From Staphylococcus phage BSwM-KMM1, in the sequence record OP902294.1: 64,000 bases of DNA; one strand, 5' to 3'. The position numbers were made by a program, and so were the translations under genes. The notes below the pieces were generated by a model. That model worked only from the letters and a program-made list of their open reading frames with translations, searched no databases and had not been told where the DNA came from. Below are positions 51,668-64,000 of this stretch, piece by piece. Numbering within the stretch: the stretch's first letter is position 1; each line of letters opens with the position of its first letter.

Positions 51668-54100
51668 GTGTATATGCGTAGAATAAGAAGACCTAAGGTA
51701 AGAATAGAAATCGTTACAGATGATAATACATTTACATTACGCTTTGAAGATACAAGAGACTACAGCGGGGAAGAATTTGGAGCTAAGCTTTTAGGTTTCC
51801 AAACTAAAAACTCAATGGAAGATGATAGTTCTGTTTTCCAAATTAATATGGCAGGAGATACGTATTGGGATAAGTTAGTTATGGCTAATGACATAATCAG
51901 AATATTTATTACACCTAATGATGACCCTAACGATAAAGAAGGAAGACAAGAAAGGTTAATTCAAGTTGGAATGGTTTCACAAGTATCAAAAGTAGGTAGC
52001 TATGGAAATGACCAAACTCAATTTAGAATAACCGGTCAATCTTTTGTAAAACCATTTATGAAATTTGGGTTAGGTGTTATTCAAGAGGTTCAAGCTGTAC
52101 TTCCTGAAGTAGGTTGGCTTATTGACGGTGACGGAGATAATGAAGTTAAATTTACAGGTAGCTCGGCTCATGAAGTTATGACAGGTATTATCCGTAGATT
52201 TGTCCCTTACATGAAGTATAATTATACTGAAAAGACATATAATACTATTGATAATTATCTTGACTATGATGATTTAAGTAGTTGGGATGAGTTTGAAAAC
52301 TTGACAGAAGTCTCTGCTTTCACTAATTTTGATGGGACGTTAAAACAGTTTATGGATATGGTAACAGCTAGACCTTTCAATGAATTATTCTTTAAAAACT
52401 CAGAGAAAACACCTGGTAAGGCACAACTTGTTTTAAGAAAAACACCTTTCAACCCTACTGAGTGGAGAGCTCTTGACGTGATTAAAGTCCCTACAGAGGA
52501 TTTTATTGAAGAGGATGTAGGTAAAAGTGATGTTGAAACATACTCTATATTTACAGCTACACCTGCAGGTATGTTAAAAGAACTTAATGGTGATGTATTT
52601 TCTAAACCACAATTTCACCCTGAATTGACTGATAGATATGGGTATACTAAATTTGAAGTAGAAAATATCTATCTTAGTACTAAATCAGGTTCAGCTACTG
52701 AAGACTCAGATTCTTCGGGTGATGATAATGGTACTGAAAGAGGAACTTACTCTAAAATTATGAAAGATTTAAGTAACTATGGAAGAGATAATGTTTCTAA
52801 AGGTATAGATAAGTATACAAGTAAATTATCTTCAAAATATAAAAACTTAAAAAAGCCCAAGCTAAAAAAATTATAGAGAAGTTTGTCAAAGAAGGAAAAG
52901 TAACAGAAAAAGAATACGAGAAGATAACAGGGAATAAAGTAGATGATGAATTAACATCAGATAACAGACCGAAGTTGACAAAAGATAAATTAAAGAGTAT
53001 ACTAAAAGAGGAGTTTAAAACACAAGATGATTTTAATAACTCTAAGAAAAAGAAAAAGCTAAGACAGATGCACTTAAAGAATTGACAACTAAATATCGTT
53101 TTGGTAATAAAACACACGCTACAACTTTGCTAGATGAATATATTAAATACAAAGGAGAACCACCAAATGATGAGGCTTTAGATAACTACTTAAAAGCTAT
53201 TGAAGGTGTAAGTAACATAGCAACGGATACTGGTTCTGACGCAAGTGATAGCCCTTTAGCAATGTTCTCTCGTATGTTATTTAATTGGTATCATGGTAAC
53301 CCTAACTTTTACGCAGGGGATATCATTGTACTAGGAGACCCTAAGTATGACCTTGGTAAGAGATTATTTATAGAAGACAAACAACGAGGAGATACATGGG
53401 AATTTTATATCGAATCCGTAGAACATAAGTTTGACTATAAACAAGGTTACTACACAACAGTAGGTGTTACTAGAGGACTAAAAGATGCTATCCTTGAAAG
53501 TGGTAAAGGTAGTCCTCATAGATTTGCAGGTTTATGGAATCAGTCATCTGACTTCATGGGAGGTCTCATGGGAGAAGATACATCTAAAGAACTTAAAGAA
53601 AAAGGTGTGTCAGAGAAACAACAAAGCGGTGGAGATAAAGATGGTGGTTCTGATAGTGGGGGAGCCCAAGACGGAGGTTCTTTAAGCTCACTTAAGAAAT
53701 TTAATGGTAAGCTACCTAAACATAACCCAAACTTTGTTCAACCAAATAACCGACATTACAAGTACCAATGTACTTGGTTTGCCTATAATAGAAGAGGAGA
53801 GCTTGGTATTCCTGTACCTTTATGGGGGACGCTGCCGACTGGATTGGTGGGGCTAAAGGAGCAGGTTATGGGGTAGGTAGGACACCTAAACAAGGTGCCT
53901 GTGTTATTTGGCAACGAGGAGATAAAGGTGGCTCTAATGCTTATGGTCACGTTGCTTTCGTTGAGAAAGTTTTAGACGGTGGAAAGAAAATATTTATATC
54001 CGAGCATAACTGGGATACACCGAATGGTTATGGAACTAGAACAATAGATATGAGCTCTCAAATTGGTAAAGAAGCCCAATTTATTTACGATAAAAAATAA
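51668..54100 (+). CDS. tail-associated lysin with C-terminal CHAP domain (about 810 aa), 2 frameshifts (about 52855 and about 53055)
   Basis: ORFs 51668-52876, 53082-53876, 53822-54100 collinear; CHAP motifs CTWFAYNRRGELG and GHVAFVEKV; size fits the 808-aa phage K tail lysin as I recall it. Confidence 0.75.
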
Positions 54101-54113
54101 AGGAGGATAAGCT

Positions 54114-55000
54114 ATGGCAACAGATAAACAAGTTAAAGATATTATCGAAAAGTTTATAGATAATGTATTTAGTTTTGATGTACTAACAATGGAAAAGGTA
54201 GCAGAGAAAGACGAAGAAGTCAAAAAATATCTGTTAATGACGTATATAACAAAGTAGTGTATATTAGACCTTATGTAGGTGTTATACAAAGCATGAATAC
54301 TCAACATATACAATATGAGAACTTTTCAAATAATGGTACAGATGCTGAAGCAGTAGTTACTTTTAGAAAAATAAGTTATCCAATAGGTAGAGAGTCTATA
54401 CCAACAGACTCTTTATCTACACTTATTATTAGTTTAGTTGAACGAAATCAAGAATTGCTTATAGATTCATTTGACGAGACGCAGGATGTCCTATACGGAG
54501 CCTACATGGAAGAAGAATATGTATTTGATGAGGATGTTCCTCTGAGTACAATAATTGCACTAGATTTAAGTGATAATATTAAGTCCTTATCAAATATAAA
54601 ATATATGTTTAAAGGAGCCCCTAAAGAGAATCCTTTTGGCACAGACAAAGATGTTTATATAGATACTTATAATTTATTATATTGGTTATACCTTGGTGAA
54701 GGAGAAGAGTTATCTTACCCAATGAATATTAATTACTTCTTTACAGAAGGAAGGTTCTTTACTATATTTGGTAAAGGGCATAAATATAAAGTAGATGTAG
54801 ACCAATTTATAGCGGGAGATATATTATTCTTTGGTAGAAGTGATACTAATATTGGAATATATGTAGGGGACGGGGAATTTATTTCTATGATAGGGAAGTT
54901 CCCTAAAGATGAAACGTCTATAGGTAAATATAAGCTAGAAGATTATTGGAACGAATTTAACGGAAGAGTCATGAGATTTGATGAAGAGGTGTATATTTAA
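54114..55000 (+). CDS. NlpC/P60-like tail protein (about 295 aa), frameshift near 54255
   Basis: C-terminal GDILFFGRSDTNIGIYVGDGEFISM typical of NlpC/P60; N-terminal piece MATDKQVKDIIEKF... joins after a shift. Confidence 0.55.
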
Positions 55001-57893
55001 TGGTAGTAAGATTCCAATCTTCCATGGGAAGAAGTTTAAAAAGAGTAGATTCAGACGACTTAAATGTAAAAGGGTTAGTTTTAGCCACAATAAGTAAAAT
55101 CAATTATCAGTATCAGTCAGTAGAAGTTAAAGTTAATAACTTGACACTAGGAAGACATATAGGGGATGATGGTAGTTTATCTGTACCTTACCCTAAATCC
55201 TTTATAGGTAGAACACCTGAAGGTAGTGTATTTGGAACAAAACCTTTAATTACTGAAGGTTCCGTAGTATTAATTGGGTTTTTAAATGATGATATAAATA
55301 GTCCTATAATTCTTAATGTTTATGGAGATAATGAGCAAAATAAAATGATTAATACCAATCCTCTTGAAGGAGGTAAATTTGATACAGATGACACTTACAA
55401 GTATAGTAGTGCAATATATGAGATACTACCATCTTTAAATTATAAGTATGAAGATGGAGAAGGTACAAGTATTAAAACTTTCAATGGTAAATCTTTCTTC
55501 TCTATGACATCAGGTGAAGAGGAGAAACCACAAGCTTCAGACTTCTATACTGGTACAGAATATCAAGATTTATTTACTTCATATTACGGTAATAAAACAT
55601 TAATTGAGCCTAGAATACAAAAAGCACCTAACATGTTATTTAAACATCAAGGCGTTTTTATGATGATGGTACACCCGATAACCATATAACTACTCTATTC
55701 CTTTCTGAACGAGGGGATATTAGAACATCAGTATTAAATACAGAAACACAACAAAGAACAACACAAGAAATGTCGAGTGATGGGTCTTATAGAGTAATTA
55801 AACAAGACGATGACTTAATGTTAGATGAAGCTCAAGTTTGGGTTGAGTATGGAATTAGTGAAGATAATAAATTTTATATTAAAAATGATAAACATAAATT
55901 TGAATTTACAGATGATGGTATTTATATAGATGAAAAGCCTATGTTAGAAAACTTAGGAGATAGTATTGAAGAATCTATGAAAAACTTAGAAGAGATACAA
56001 AAGAACTTGAAGATATAAATTATCTCTTAGAAGGAGTAGGGAAGGATAATCTAGAGGAACTTATTGCCTCTACTAAAGAGTCTATAGAAGCATCTAACCA
56101 AGCTACTAAAGATGTTCAAACCTTAGGAACAAATATAAATGCTGTAAGTTCTAGAACAGAAGGTATTATAACACAATTCCAAGATTTTAGAGATAGAACA
56201 TTCAAAGATTTTTATGATGAGGTAAATGAATACCTAGCAGGAGAGCATGGCTCGGTTGAAACAATTGTTAATACTGATTTACCTGAAATAAGAAATACTG
56301 AACAAAAGTATAGACATACAACGTTTAGAGACATAAAAATACATGCGGATTTACCCTTTAAATTCCAAGACTATGATAGTATAGTAGCAAATGATAATGT
56401 GACGTATTATTTCCCGCAAGGTATTGCCATTAATAACGGTCAAACCTATATTATACATTCAGCTCCTGAGAGCGGTACTAAAAGACTAATTGTTATCTAT
56501 GATGAGTTTTATAAGTATGTTAATATGTTTTACGCAGGAACAACCGGAGGAGAAGGTCTTCATGTAGAAACAGAAGGAACTAAAACTTACCTCTATGCTA
56601 GAACAAGCAATAATAATATAGGTAAGTTTGATGTAACTAATTCTAGAAATATTGAGGAGAAATCAACGTTACAACCTGTAGAAGAATATAATATAAACGC
56701 ATACATGAATTTCTTTAGAACAGAAAGTGGATGGGGAGTAGAATACAATAACCAAACTAAAGGTGTGTTTTTACAGAGAGATACGGTAGTATTCTTCAAC
56801 AAGGATTTCAGTAAAAAACAGGGTACTTATGGATAAACCCTTCTAATTCTACATTATGGTCAAGTAATTTATTAGAGGGAGTTACAAACCACTCAGCTAA
56901 GAAGCAAGGTATGACACTTATAAATAATACCATCGTACAGACACTAGGAGGTAACTGGAACCCAACTAGAGATATTGAACCACATACTTATCATTTACAA
57001 GGGGTACAAGAGATAAGCCCTAGTGGAGATATTATGAATGATTATACGTACCATCCTTATGAGTTAAGAGATTACCTAACTAAACAAGGTAAAGTTGTCG
57101 ATATGATTGAACATGAAGGTGCGTTCTCTTATAATAATAGACTATTTAGTATTATTGTTTACAAAAGCAGAACTAAATCAGATGCAAATAAACAAGGTGT
57201 ACTTATTGTAGAATACAAACCTAAAGAGAAAGAATACACTTTCAATAAGACAGGGAGCCTTTCTTGGCACCTACAGCTAACTATAACCCTTATAAAACTA
57301 ATATTGATGGTAAGCTTTATAATGAATACACAGGAGAAGAAATAACAAATATTAAAGACCTTGTAAGATATATGGTATCAACGTATCAAAGTAATATTGT
57401 ATTCTATTCATCTAAGGTATCTATGTTAGATTATGAAGGAGTAGCTATACCAGGAGGTATACGAGTAGAGTTAGAGAATTTAAATAACTACACATTCCAT
57501 TTACTGTACAGAGGTAATGCTACTAATGAAGTTTATATAATAAATTATACAGCCTCTACAGATAGCTTTAATATAACTTCACAAGATTCTGATAACAAAT
57601 ACGATAAACTAGATTTAAGTACTATTAAATATAAGATGACAGGGTACGTAACAAATGCTACAAATACACCTACAAGTACTAGACATGGTTATATAGATTC
57701 AAGAAGGTATGGCTCTAATTCTAAATTGTTCTTCTCTCCTTATAATAGTTACAGAAACATATATGAACCTAAATCTAGGGGAGTATGGCAAGGTTGGGAA
57801 AAAACAGGAAGTAACACAGATAACAACAACCCTGTAGTAGTATCTAAAGAAGAACCTGCAGAAGCAGTTATTTGGTTTGAGGTGACTGACTAA
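55000..57893 (+). CDS. large baseplate/tail-tip structural protein (about 960 aa), about 4 frameshifts
   Basis: collinear ORFs 55000-55689, 55770-56018, 56399-56836, 56911-57345, 57264-57893 with junctions at homopolymers; no GDPD HRG motif found. Confidence 0.55.
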
Positions 57894-59001
57894 TGAATAA
57901 GTATTTAATAGTTTTGAAAGATAAGAATAACAAAGAGTTTTTAAACGAGTATGATATTCAAAATATAGAAATTTATATGGGAGTAATTGTTATTGCTTAT
58001 ATGTTAGAAAGTACAGCAAAAGAATTAGAAACACATTCTAACATAGAGAGTATAGAAAAGATGGAGCAGAGCATGTCGATATAGAAGAAGAATCCGATAT
58101 AAGATATGAGACTTCCACAACAACGTATGCCTTTGATATGATGGAAATACAGAAATTCCATAAGGAAGGGTATACAGGAAAAGGTTTTAAGATAGGTTTA
58201 CTTGACACAGGTGTACAGAAGCATGTAAACTTAAACGTAACAGATGGTATAAATGTTTATGATGGTAATTTACCATGGGATAATAGTTTAGCTAACTCCC
58301 ATGGTACTCTAGTAGCAGGGGTTATTAATGCTCAAGGTAGAAACGGAGAGCTTATAGGTATAGCCCCTGACGCAGAGTTATATGCTATTAGAATAGATAA
58401 TGGAAATGGGGCTATTAACTCTACTACATGGAGCTCTCAAATAGCGGGGATGAGTTGGGCTATAGATAATGGAATGGATGCTGTAAACTGTTCCTTTTCT
58501 AGTAGGATAGAATCTAAAGCTAGAAAAATGGCTTTTAAGATAGCAGAAGAAAACGGTATAGCTATATTTTGTAGTGCAGGAAACACACAACCTAGTAATG
58601 ATACAACTACAAATACTGCTAAGTATCCTGCAAAATACCCTTTCACTATAGCAAATGCTAATATATATCCTGATAAGAGAAGATATCCTACTAGTTGTAT
58701 AGGTCAAGGTTTGAATTTCTCAAACGGAGGGGTAAAAGTGGTAACAACAACTACAGCTAAAAACTCTACTGCAGTAAGCACAGCCTACTCAGGAGGTAGT
58801 ACAGGAACCTCTCTAGCATCTCCGGCTACACTAGGTATCTATATATTATATAAACAAAAATACAAAGAATCTAAAGATAAAATATTACAACGAATGGCAG
58901 TTAATGCAGAAAACCTAGGAGACACTTTTTGGTACGGAGCAGGATTACCTAAGTATCCTACAAGTAATTATATAAATATTAATATTAGGGGTAAGAAGTA
59001 A
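57893..59001 (+). CDS. subtilisin-like S8 serine protease with N-terminal I9 propeptide (about 369 aa), one frameshift near 58080
   Basis: propeptide-like MNKYLIVLKDKNNKEF...; catalytic triad motifs IGLLDTGV (Asp), HGTLVAG (His) and GTSLASP (Ser) read directly from the 287-aa ORF. Confidence 0.7.
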
Positions 59002-59002
59002 T

Positions 59003-59473
59003 ATGCAAATGAAGTATAAAGTAGCCGGGCAATTTGAACATATGTATCCAAAAACGCTCGGAGATAATGTTAATCTAAATAATGGTCAAACATTAGAGCA
59101 ATGGAAAAAACAGATAGATGATATTTATAACGATAAAGAAGATTCCGATTTTAACGAAGTATGGAGCGGGGCAGACGTATTAGGAGGGAATTCAGAATTA
59201 ACAATACTAAAGCCTTTAAAAGAGTGTAAGAATGGGTGGATACTAGTATTTAAAGAACCTTCAGGAGCATCAGGTAATATTAACTATTGTTATGTACCTA
59301 GAGTCCATTCCGATTTATATTCTACTTTTGGGGTAAAATTTTTAGTAGGGGTTAGAAGTGGAGGAGTTCGTTCTAAGTTCTTGTTCATTACGGACACAAC
59401 AATAAAAGGACATACTTCCAATGGTACAGGAGGAAATGAAGAAACTACATTAGTTAAAGTTATAAGTTACTAA
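59003..59473 (+). CDS. hypothetical protein downstream of the protease
   Basis: 156 aa, ATG 2 nt after protease stop. Confidence 0.5.
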   Translation: MQMKYKVAGQFEHMYPKTLGDNVNLNNGQTLEQWKKQIDDIYNDKEDSDFNEVWSGADVLGGNSELTILKPLKECKNGWILVFKEPSGASGNINYCYVPRVHSDLYSTFGVKFLVGVRSGGVRSKFLFITDTTIKGHTSNGTGGNEETTLVKVISY

Positions 59474-59486
59474 ATAATAATTAAAA

Positions 59487-59511
59487 GGCTAACTAAAGTT
59501 AGTCTTTTTTT
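59487..59511 (+). terminator. rho-independent terminator
   Basis: GGCTAACT/AGTTAGTC hairpin followed by TTTTTTT. Confidence 0.5.
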
Positions 59512-59585
59512 AGTTGTAATTTAAACTAATTCGTGATATATTAGTAGTATGAGATTTATATACATACTGAAAAGGAGAGGATAAA

Positions 59586-60376
59586 ATGCCACAATCAGAC
59601 GGAATAAGTAGCCTTCATAGAATAGCCTTACGTTTCCCTAAAGAGGGCGGTGGTTATGATATGTACAGATTTAAAGTAAACCCGGAAAACTATACTATAG
59701 ATGCACCTCAACGTACAACAGCAATTAAAACAAAATCGGATATTGTGATAGAAGATTACGGTAAAGACATAGAAGTTATTAACTTCTCAGGTACTACTGG
59801 ATTTAGACCAGTCAGAGAATCAAGTGGTTTGAAAACAGGTAAACAGAAAATGGAAGAACTACAAAGCAGAGTTAAAGAGTATGCAATGCAAGGTGGAAGT
59901 GGTAACGTAAGCGGTTCTTACTTACAATTTTTAACTTTACAGATGATAGTTACTATAAAGTACATTTAGCACCCCAAGGATTAAAAATAACTAGGTCTAA
60001 GGATGAGCCTTTACTCTTTAGATATGAGATAACCTTAGTAGTTATTGGTTCATTAACGGAGTCGGATAGAAGTGCTGTAACAACAGAAGAGTTTGGTAAT
60101 ATTAATCCTAATGCTTCACAGAGAGTTGACGAAGGTATGAAAGAATTAGATAAAAATGCCCGTAAGACTAGAGACAGAAACAATCAAGAAATATCTAGAA
60201 GAGAAAATACAATACCTAAATCTACCGGAGACAACACAAATGAGGGTAATAGACTAAAACAAAGCTTTCCTAGTAGTTCTATATATAATCCTAGACAATC
60301 TACTAATGGATTAAAAGGGAACATTGATAACATGGCTCTAATAATAGGCTATGGTGATGGAGGTGTATCTAGTTAA
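59586..60376 (+). CDS. baseplate component (263 aa), frameshift near 59960
   Basis: ORF 59586-59969 continues in another frame to stop at 60376. Confidence 0.5.
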
Positions 60377-60899
60377 TGAATAATTTTATAGCACAACCAC
60401 AAGGTTTACTTAGATTTTTAAATGCTTTAGATACAGATTTAACTTCTTCTCATATGAATTTACTTGATGAAGAGGTATCATTTGTATCTAGATTTTATAC
60501 CCCACAGCTACAATTAAGTGAATTAGCAAAAACAGTATTGACAAGTATAAAGACAGATGATATACCTGTATTAGAGAGGAATTTAATAATAACACTATTA
60601 TCCATAAAGCAAATGATACATTGTTAAAAGTCCAAGCACCTAGAATGTATATGATTTTACAATCCATTGTACTTGAAGCATATGCTATTGTTAATTGCTT
60701 TGTAGAAAACCCAAGTTCTTTGAAATATTTAACTGAAGATGATGTTAAAATAACACGAGAAAACTTGAATTATGTAGCAGATTATTTAGGTAACTATGAT
60801 GACTACAATAGTGTTGTTCTAGATTTAAGAGATTTAGACTTATGTTTTAGTGCAATAGAATTACAACTACCTCTAATTAAAAAGGAGGCTAATGTATAA
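60376..60899 (+). CDS. baseplate component (174 aa), frameshift near 60620
   Basis: ORFs 60376-60627 and 60621-60899 are collinear. Confidence 0.5.
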
Positions 60900-61603
60900 T
60901 GAGATTTAAGAAACATGTAGTTCAGCATGAAGAGACTATACAAGCAATAGCACAAAGATATTATGGGGATGTAAGTTATTGGATAGATTTAGTAGAACAT
61001 AACAACTTAAAGTATCCATATCTAGTAGAAACTAATGAAGAGAAAATGAAAGACCCTGAAAGGTTAGCTTCTACAGGTGATACACTTATTATACCTATAG
61101 AATCTGATTTAACAGATGTAACAGCAAAGGAAATTAATTCTAGAGATAAAGACGTATTAGTTGAACTAGCCTTAGGGAGAGACTTGAATATTACATCTGA
61201 TGAAAAGTATTTTAATGAACATGGTACTAGTGATAACATACTAGCATTTAGTACTGATGGTAACGGAGACTTAGATACTGTAAAAGGTATAGACAATATG
61301 AAACAGCAGTTACAAGCAAGATTATTAACTCCTAGAGGTTCTTTAATGTTACACCCTAATTATGGTTCTGACTTGCATAATTTATTTGGTCTTAACATAC
61401 CGGAGCAAGCAACATTAATTGAGATGGAAGTCTTAAGAACCTTAACATCAGATAATAGAGTAAAATCTGCTAACTTAATTGATTGGAAGATACAAGGAAA
61501 CATTTATTCAGGTCAATTCTCAGTAGAAATAAAATCTGTTGAGGAATCTATAGAATTTGTTTTAGGGCAAGATGAAGAAGGCATTTTTGCTTTATTTGAA
61601 TAG
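60899..61603 (+). CDS. baseplate wedge protein, LysM-like N-terminus plus gp25/GPW-like C-terminus
   Basis: HVVQHEETIQAIAQRYYGDVSYWIDLVEHNNL (LysM-like) and RGSLMLHPNYGSDLHNLFG...EVLRTL (gp25-like); 234 aa. Confidence 0.65.
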   Translation: MRFKKHVVQHEETIQAIAQRYYGDVSYWIDLVEHNNLKYPYLVETNEEKMKDPERLASTGDTLIIPIESDLTDVTAKEINSRDKDVLVELALGRDLNITSDEKYFNEHGTSDNILAFSTDGNGDLDTVKGIDNMKQQLQARLLTPRGSLMLHPNYGSDLHNLFGLNIPEQATLIEMEVLRTLTSDNRVKSANLIDWKIQGNIYSGQFSVEIKSVEESIEFVLGQDEEGIFALFE

Positions 61604-61617
61604 GAAAGGATTAAATT

Positions 61618-62664
61618 ATGAAAACTAGAAAATTAACCAATATACTATCGAAGTTAATAGATAAGACAATGACAGGTACAAGTAAGATAACAGATTTTAC
61701 ACCAGGGTCAGCTTCTCGTTCATTATTAGAAGCTGTATCACTAGAGATAGAGCAATTTTATATACTAACAAAAGAGAATATTAATTGGGGTATTCAAGAA
61801 GGTATTATTGAGGCTTTTGATTTTCAAAAGAGACAATCTAAAAGAGCGTATGGTGATGTAACCATTCAATTTTATCAACCCTTAGATATGCGGATGTATA
61901 TACCTGCAGGAACAACTTTTACCTCAACACGTCAAGAGTACCCGCAACAGTTTGAAACATTAGTTGATTATTATGCAGAACCTGATTCCACTGAGATTGT
62001 AGTAGAGGTATATTGTAAAGAAACAGGGGTTGCAGGGAATGTACCTGAGGGAACAATTAATACAATAGCATCAGGCTCTAGTTTAATTAGAAGTGTTAAT
62101 AACGATTTATCTTTTAATACAGGTACTAAAGAAGAAAGCCAAGAAGATTTTAAACGTAGATTCCATTCTTTCGTAGAATCTAGAGGAAGAGCAACTAATA
62201 AATCAGTACGATATGGTGCCCTACAAATACCTGACGTTGAAGGTGTTTACGTTTATGAAGAAATAGGTCATATCACTGTATACGCCCATGATAGAAACGG
62301 TAACTTATCAGATACTTTAAAAGAAGATGTAACTAATGCTTTACAAGACTATAGACCTAGTGGTATAATGTTAGATGTTACAGGAGTAGAAAAAGAAGAA
62401 GTTAATGTTTCTGCTACAGTAACAATATCTAATAAATCTAGAATTGGTGATACATTACGTAGACATATTGAAGGCGTAATTAGAAGTTACTTAAATAATT
62501 TAAAAACATCCGATGACTTAATTATTACAGACCTTATACAGGCAATAATGAATATTGATGATGTATTAATTTATGATGTGGCATTTGATAACTTAGATGA
62601 AAACATTATAGTACCACCACAAGGAATTATTAGAGCAGGAGAAATACAAGTAGAATTGAAGTAA
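61618..62664 (+). CDS. baseplate J-like protein
   Basis: 348 aa intact ORF after the gp25-like gene. Confidence 0.6.
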   Translation: MKTRKLTNILSKLIDKTMTGTSKITDFTPGSASRSLLEAVSLEIEQFYILTKENINWGIQEGIIEAFDFQKRQSKRAYGDVTIQFYQPLDMRMYIPAGTTFTSTRQEYPQQFETLVDYYAEPDSTEIVVEVYCKETGVAGNVPEGTINTIASGSSLIRSVNNDLSFNTGTKEESQEDFKRRFHSFVESRGRATNKSVRYGALQIPDVEGVYVYEEIGHITVYAHDRNGNLSDTLKEDVTNALQDYRPSGIMLDVTGVEKEEVNVSATVTISNKSRIGDTLRRHIEGVIRSYLNNLKTSDDLIITDLIQAIMNIDDVLIYDVAFDNLDENIIVPPQGIIRAGEIQVELK

Positions 62665-62685
62665 AGAGAGGTGAGACTTAAGTCG

Positions 62686-64000
62686 TGGCTAATTTTTAAA
62701 AAATCTTCATCCATTATTAAGAAGAAATAGAAATAAAAAGATAATCAAGACCCTAACTTTGCCTTAATTGATACTCTTAATGAGGAAATGAATCAGGTAG
62801 AGAGGGATGCAATAGAAAGTAAATTACAGTCATCTTTAAAGACAGCAACAAGTGAGTACCTAGATAAATTCGGGGATTGGTTTGGTGTCTATAGAAAGAC
62901 AGATGAGAATGATGATGACTATAGAGCAAGGATTATAAAATATTTACTCTTGAAAAGAGGAACTAATAATGCTATAATTGAGGCTATAAAAGATTATTTA
63001 GGTAAAGATGACATTGATGTTAGTGTATATGAACCCTTTACAAATATCTTTTATACTAATAAATCACATTTAAATGGTGAAGACTACTTAATGGGGTACT
63101 ACTATAGATTTGCTGTTATTAACGTTTCTATAGGTGATTACTTCCCTGTAGAGATTATAGATGTAATTAATGAGTTCAAACCTGCAGGTGTAACATTGTA
63201 TGTTACTTATGATGGGGCTTCTACTATTAGAGGTGGGTCAATCATTAAATGGTTGGATGGACTACCTAAAATAGAAACATACCAAGAATACGAAAGATTT
63301 ATAGGATATGATGATACTTTTTATGGTCACATTAATATGAATGAGAGTAAAGATAGTGATAATAGCTCCTCAGACATATTTAAAACGAACCATAGCTTAA
63401 TAAATAGTTCAGATGTTCTAGCAGGCTCTTCTAGTATAGGTAGGCAGTATGTTAACTATGGTTATACAACTTCTTATACCTACAATCCGGATATGACATC
63501 ATCAGTAAACCAAATAAGTGCTAGTACAAACGGAAGAGGTCAGGAAGTACCATATGACTACTATATGTACACTGGTGTACGAAATAACAACACCGTAGAA
63601 CTTGAGATGCAGACATCATCAGGTGTATCTTACTTGTATAATAACTTTAATTTTAGGGACTATATGAGTAAATATAGACCTCAAGTAGATATACAATCAG
63701 ATGAGTCAAGAAAGATAGTATCAGATTATATTAAAGAATTAAGTATTGATTACTATCTTAGTGCCGTAATACCTCCCGATGAAAGTATAGAAATTAAATT
63801 ACAAGTTTATGATTTCTCTATTGATAGATGGCTTACAGTATCAATTAATAATCTATCTTTCTATGAGGAAAATATAGGCAGTAATATTGGTTATGTAAAA
63901 GATTACTTAAACAATGAACTAAATATGTTTACTAGACTAGAAATTAATGCAGGTAGAAGAGATTCCGTAGATATTAAAGTTAACTATTTAGATTTAATGT
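62686..64000 (+). CDS. large tail/baseplate protein, 5-prime part only (runs off window), frameshift near 62700-62730
   Basis: open frame from about 62740 to the window end. Confidence 0.5.

Noticed and set aside
52264-54313. Minus-strand ORFs 52264-52452, 52797-53117, 53972-54313 and plus-strand internal ORF 53485-53685
   Set aside because: Antisense or out-of-frame within the tail-lysin gene.
56593-61296. Minus-strand ORFs 56593-56802, 58378-58707, 58437-58646, 59953-60183, 60976-61296
   Set aside because: Antisense to baseplate genes and the subtilase gene.
1-64000. CRISPR arrays, integrase/recombinase, IS elements, toxin-antitoxin pairs
   Set aside because: No regularly spaced repeat-spacer array, no tyrosine or serine recombinase motifs, and no transposase-like ORFs seen. 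The genome organisation is that of a strictly virulent myovirus.

Overview
AT-rich segment (about 30% GC) of a Staphylococcus Twort-like myovirus genome (phage K-like, Herelleviridae, Twortvirinae). I base this on the holin and endolysin reading as near-identical to the phage K holin and LysK as I recall them, and on the K-like gene order. The window opens inside the end of the long terminal repeat; the conserved boundary motif CCCAGGTACTTA sits at 389-400. About 23 kb of leftward (minus-strand) early genes follow, preceded by consensus sigma-A promoters (TTGACA-N17-TATACT). Recognisable products there include a NADAR hydrolase, a Ser/Thr phosphatase, a MoxR-like AAA ATPase, MazG, a nucleoside 2-deoxyribosyltransferase, PhoH, RNase H, an XRE regulator, an IsaA-like transglycosylase and an SPFH membrane protein, plus two tRNA clusters. 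The early block ends in a holin and LysK-like endolysin cassette at 21.5-23.5 kb. A roughly 3.5 kb promoter-rich and largely ORF-free region follows (24.0-27.1 kb). From 27.1 kb the rightward morphogenesis module runs terL, portal, prohead protease, scaffold, major capsid, sheath, tube and chaperones. It continues with a roughly 1330-aa tape measure protein carrying a lysozyme-like motif, a CHAP tail lysin, an NlpC/P60-like protein and a roughly 960-aa baseplate protein. An unexpected subtilisin-like pro-protease sits next, before the LysM/gp25-like wedge, the baseplate J protein and the start of a large tail protein. At least 25 genes are split by single-base indels in A/T homopolymers. This pattern looks like assembly error, not real pseudogenes. 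I see no CRISPR array, integrase, IS element or group I intron in this window. Several coordinates below merge two or more ORF-track fragments into one inferred gene and should be read that way.
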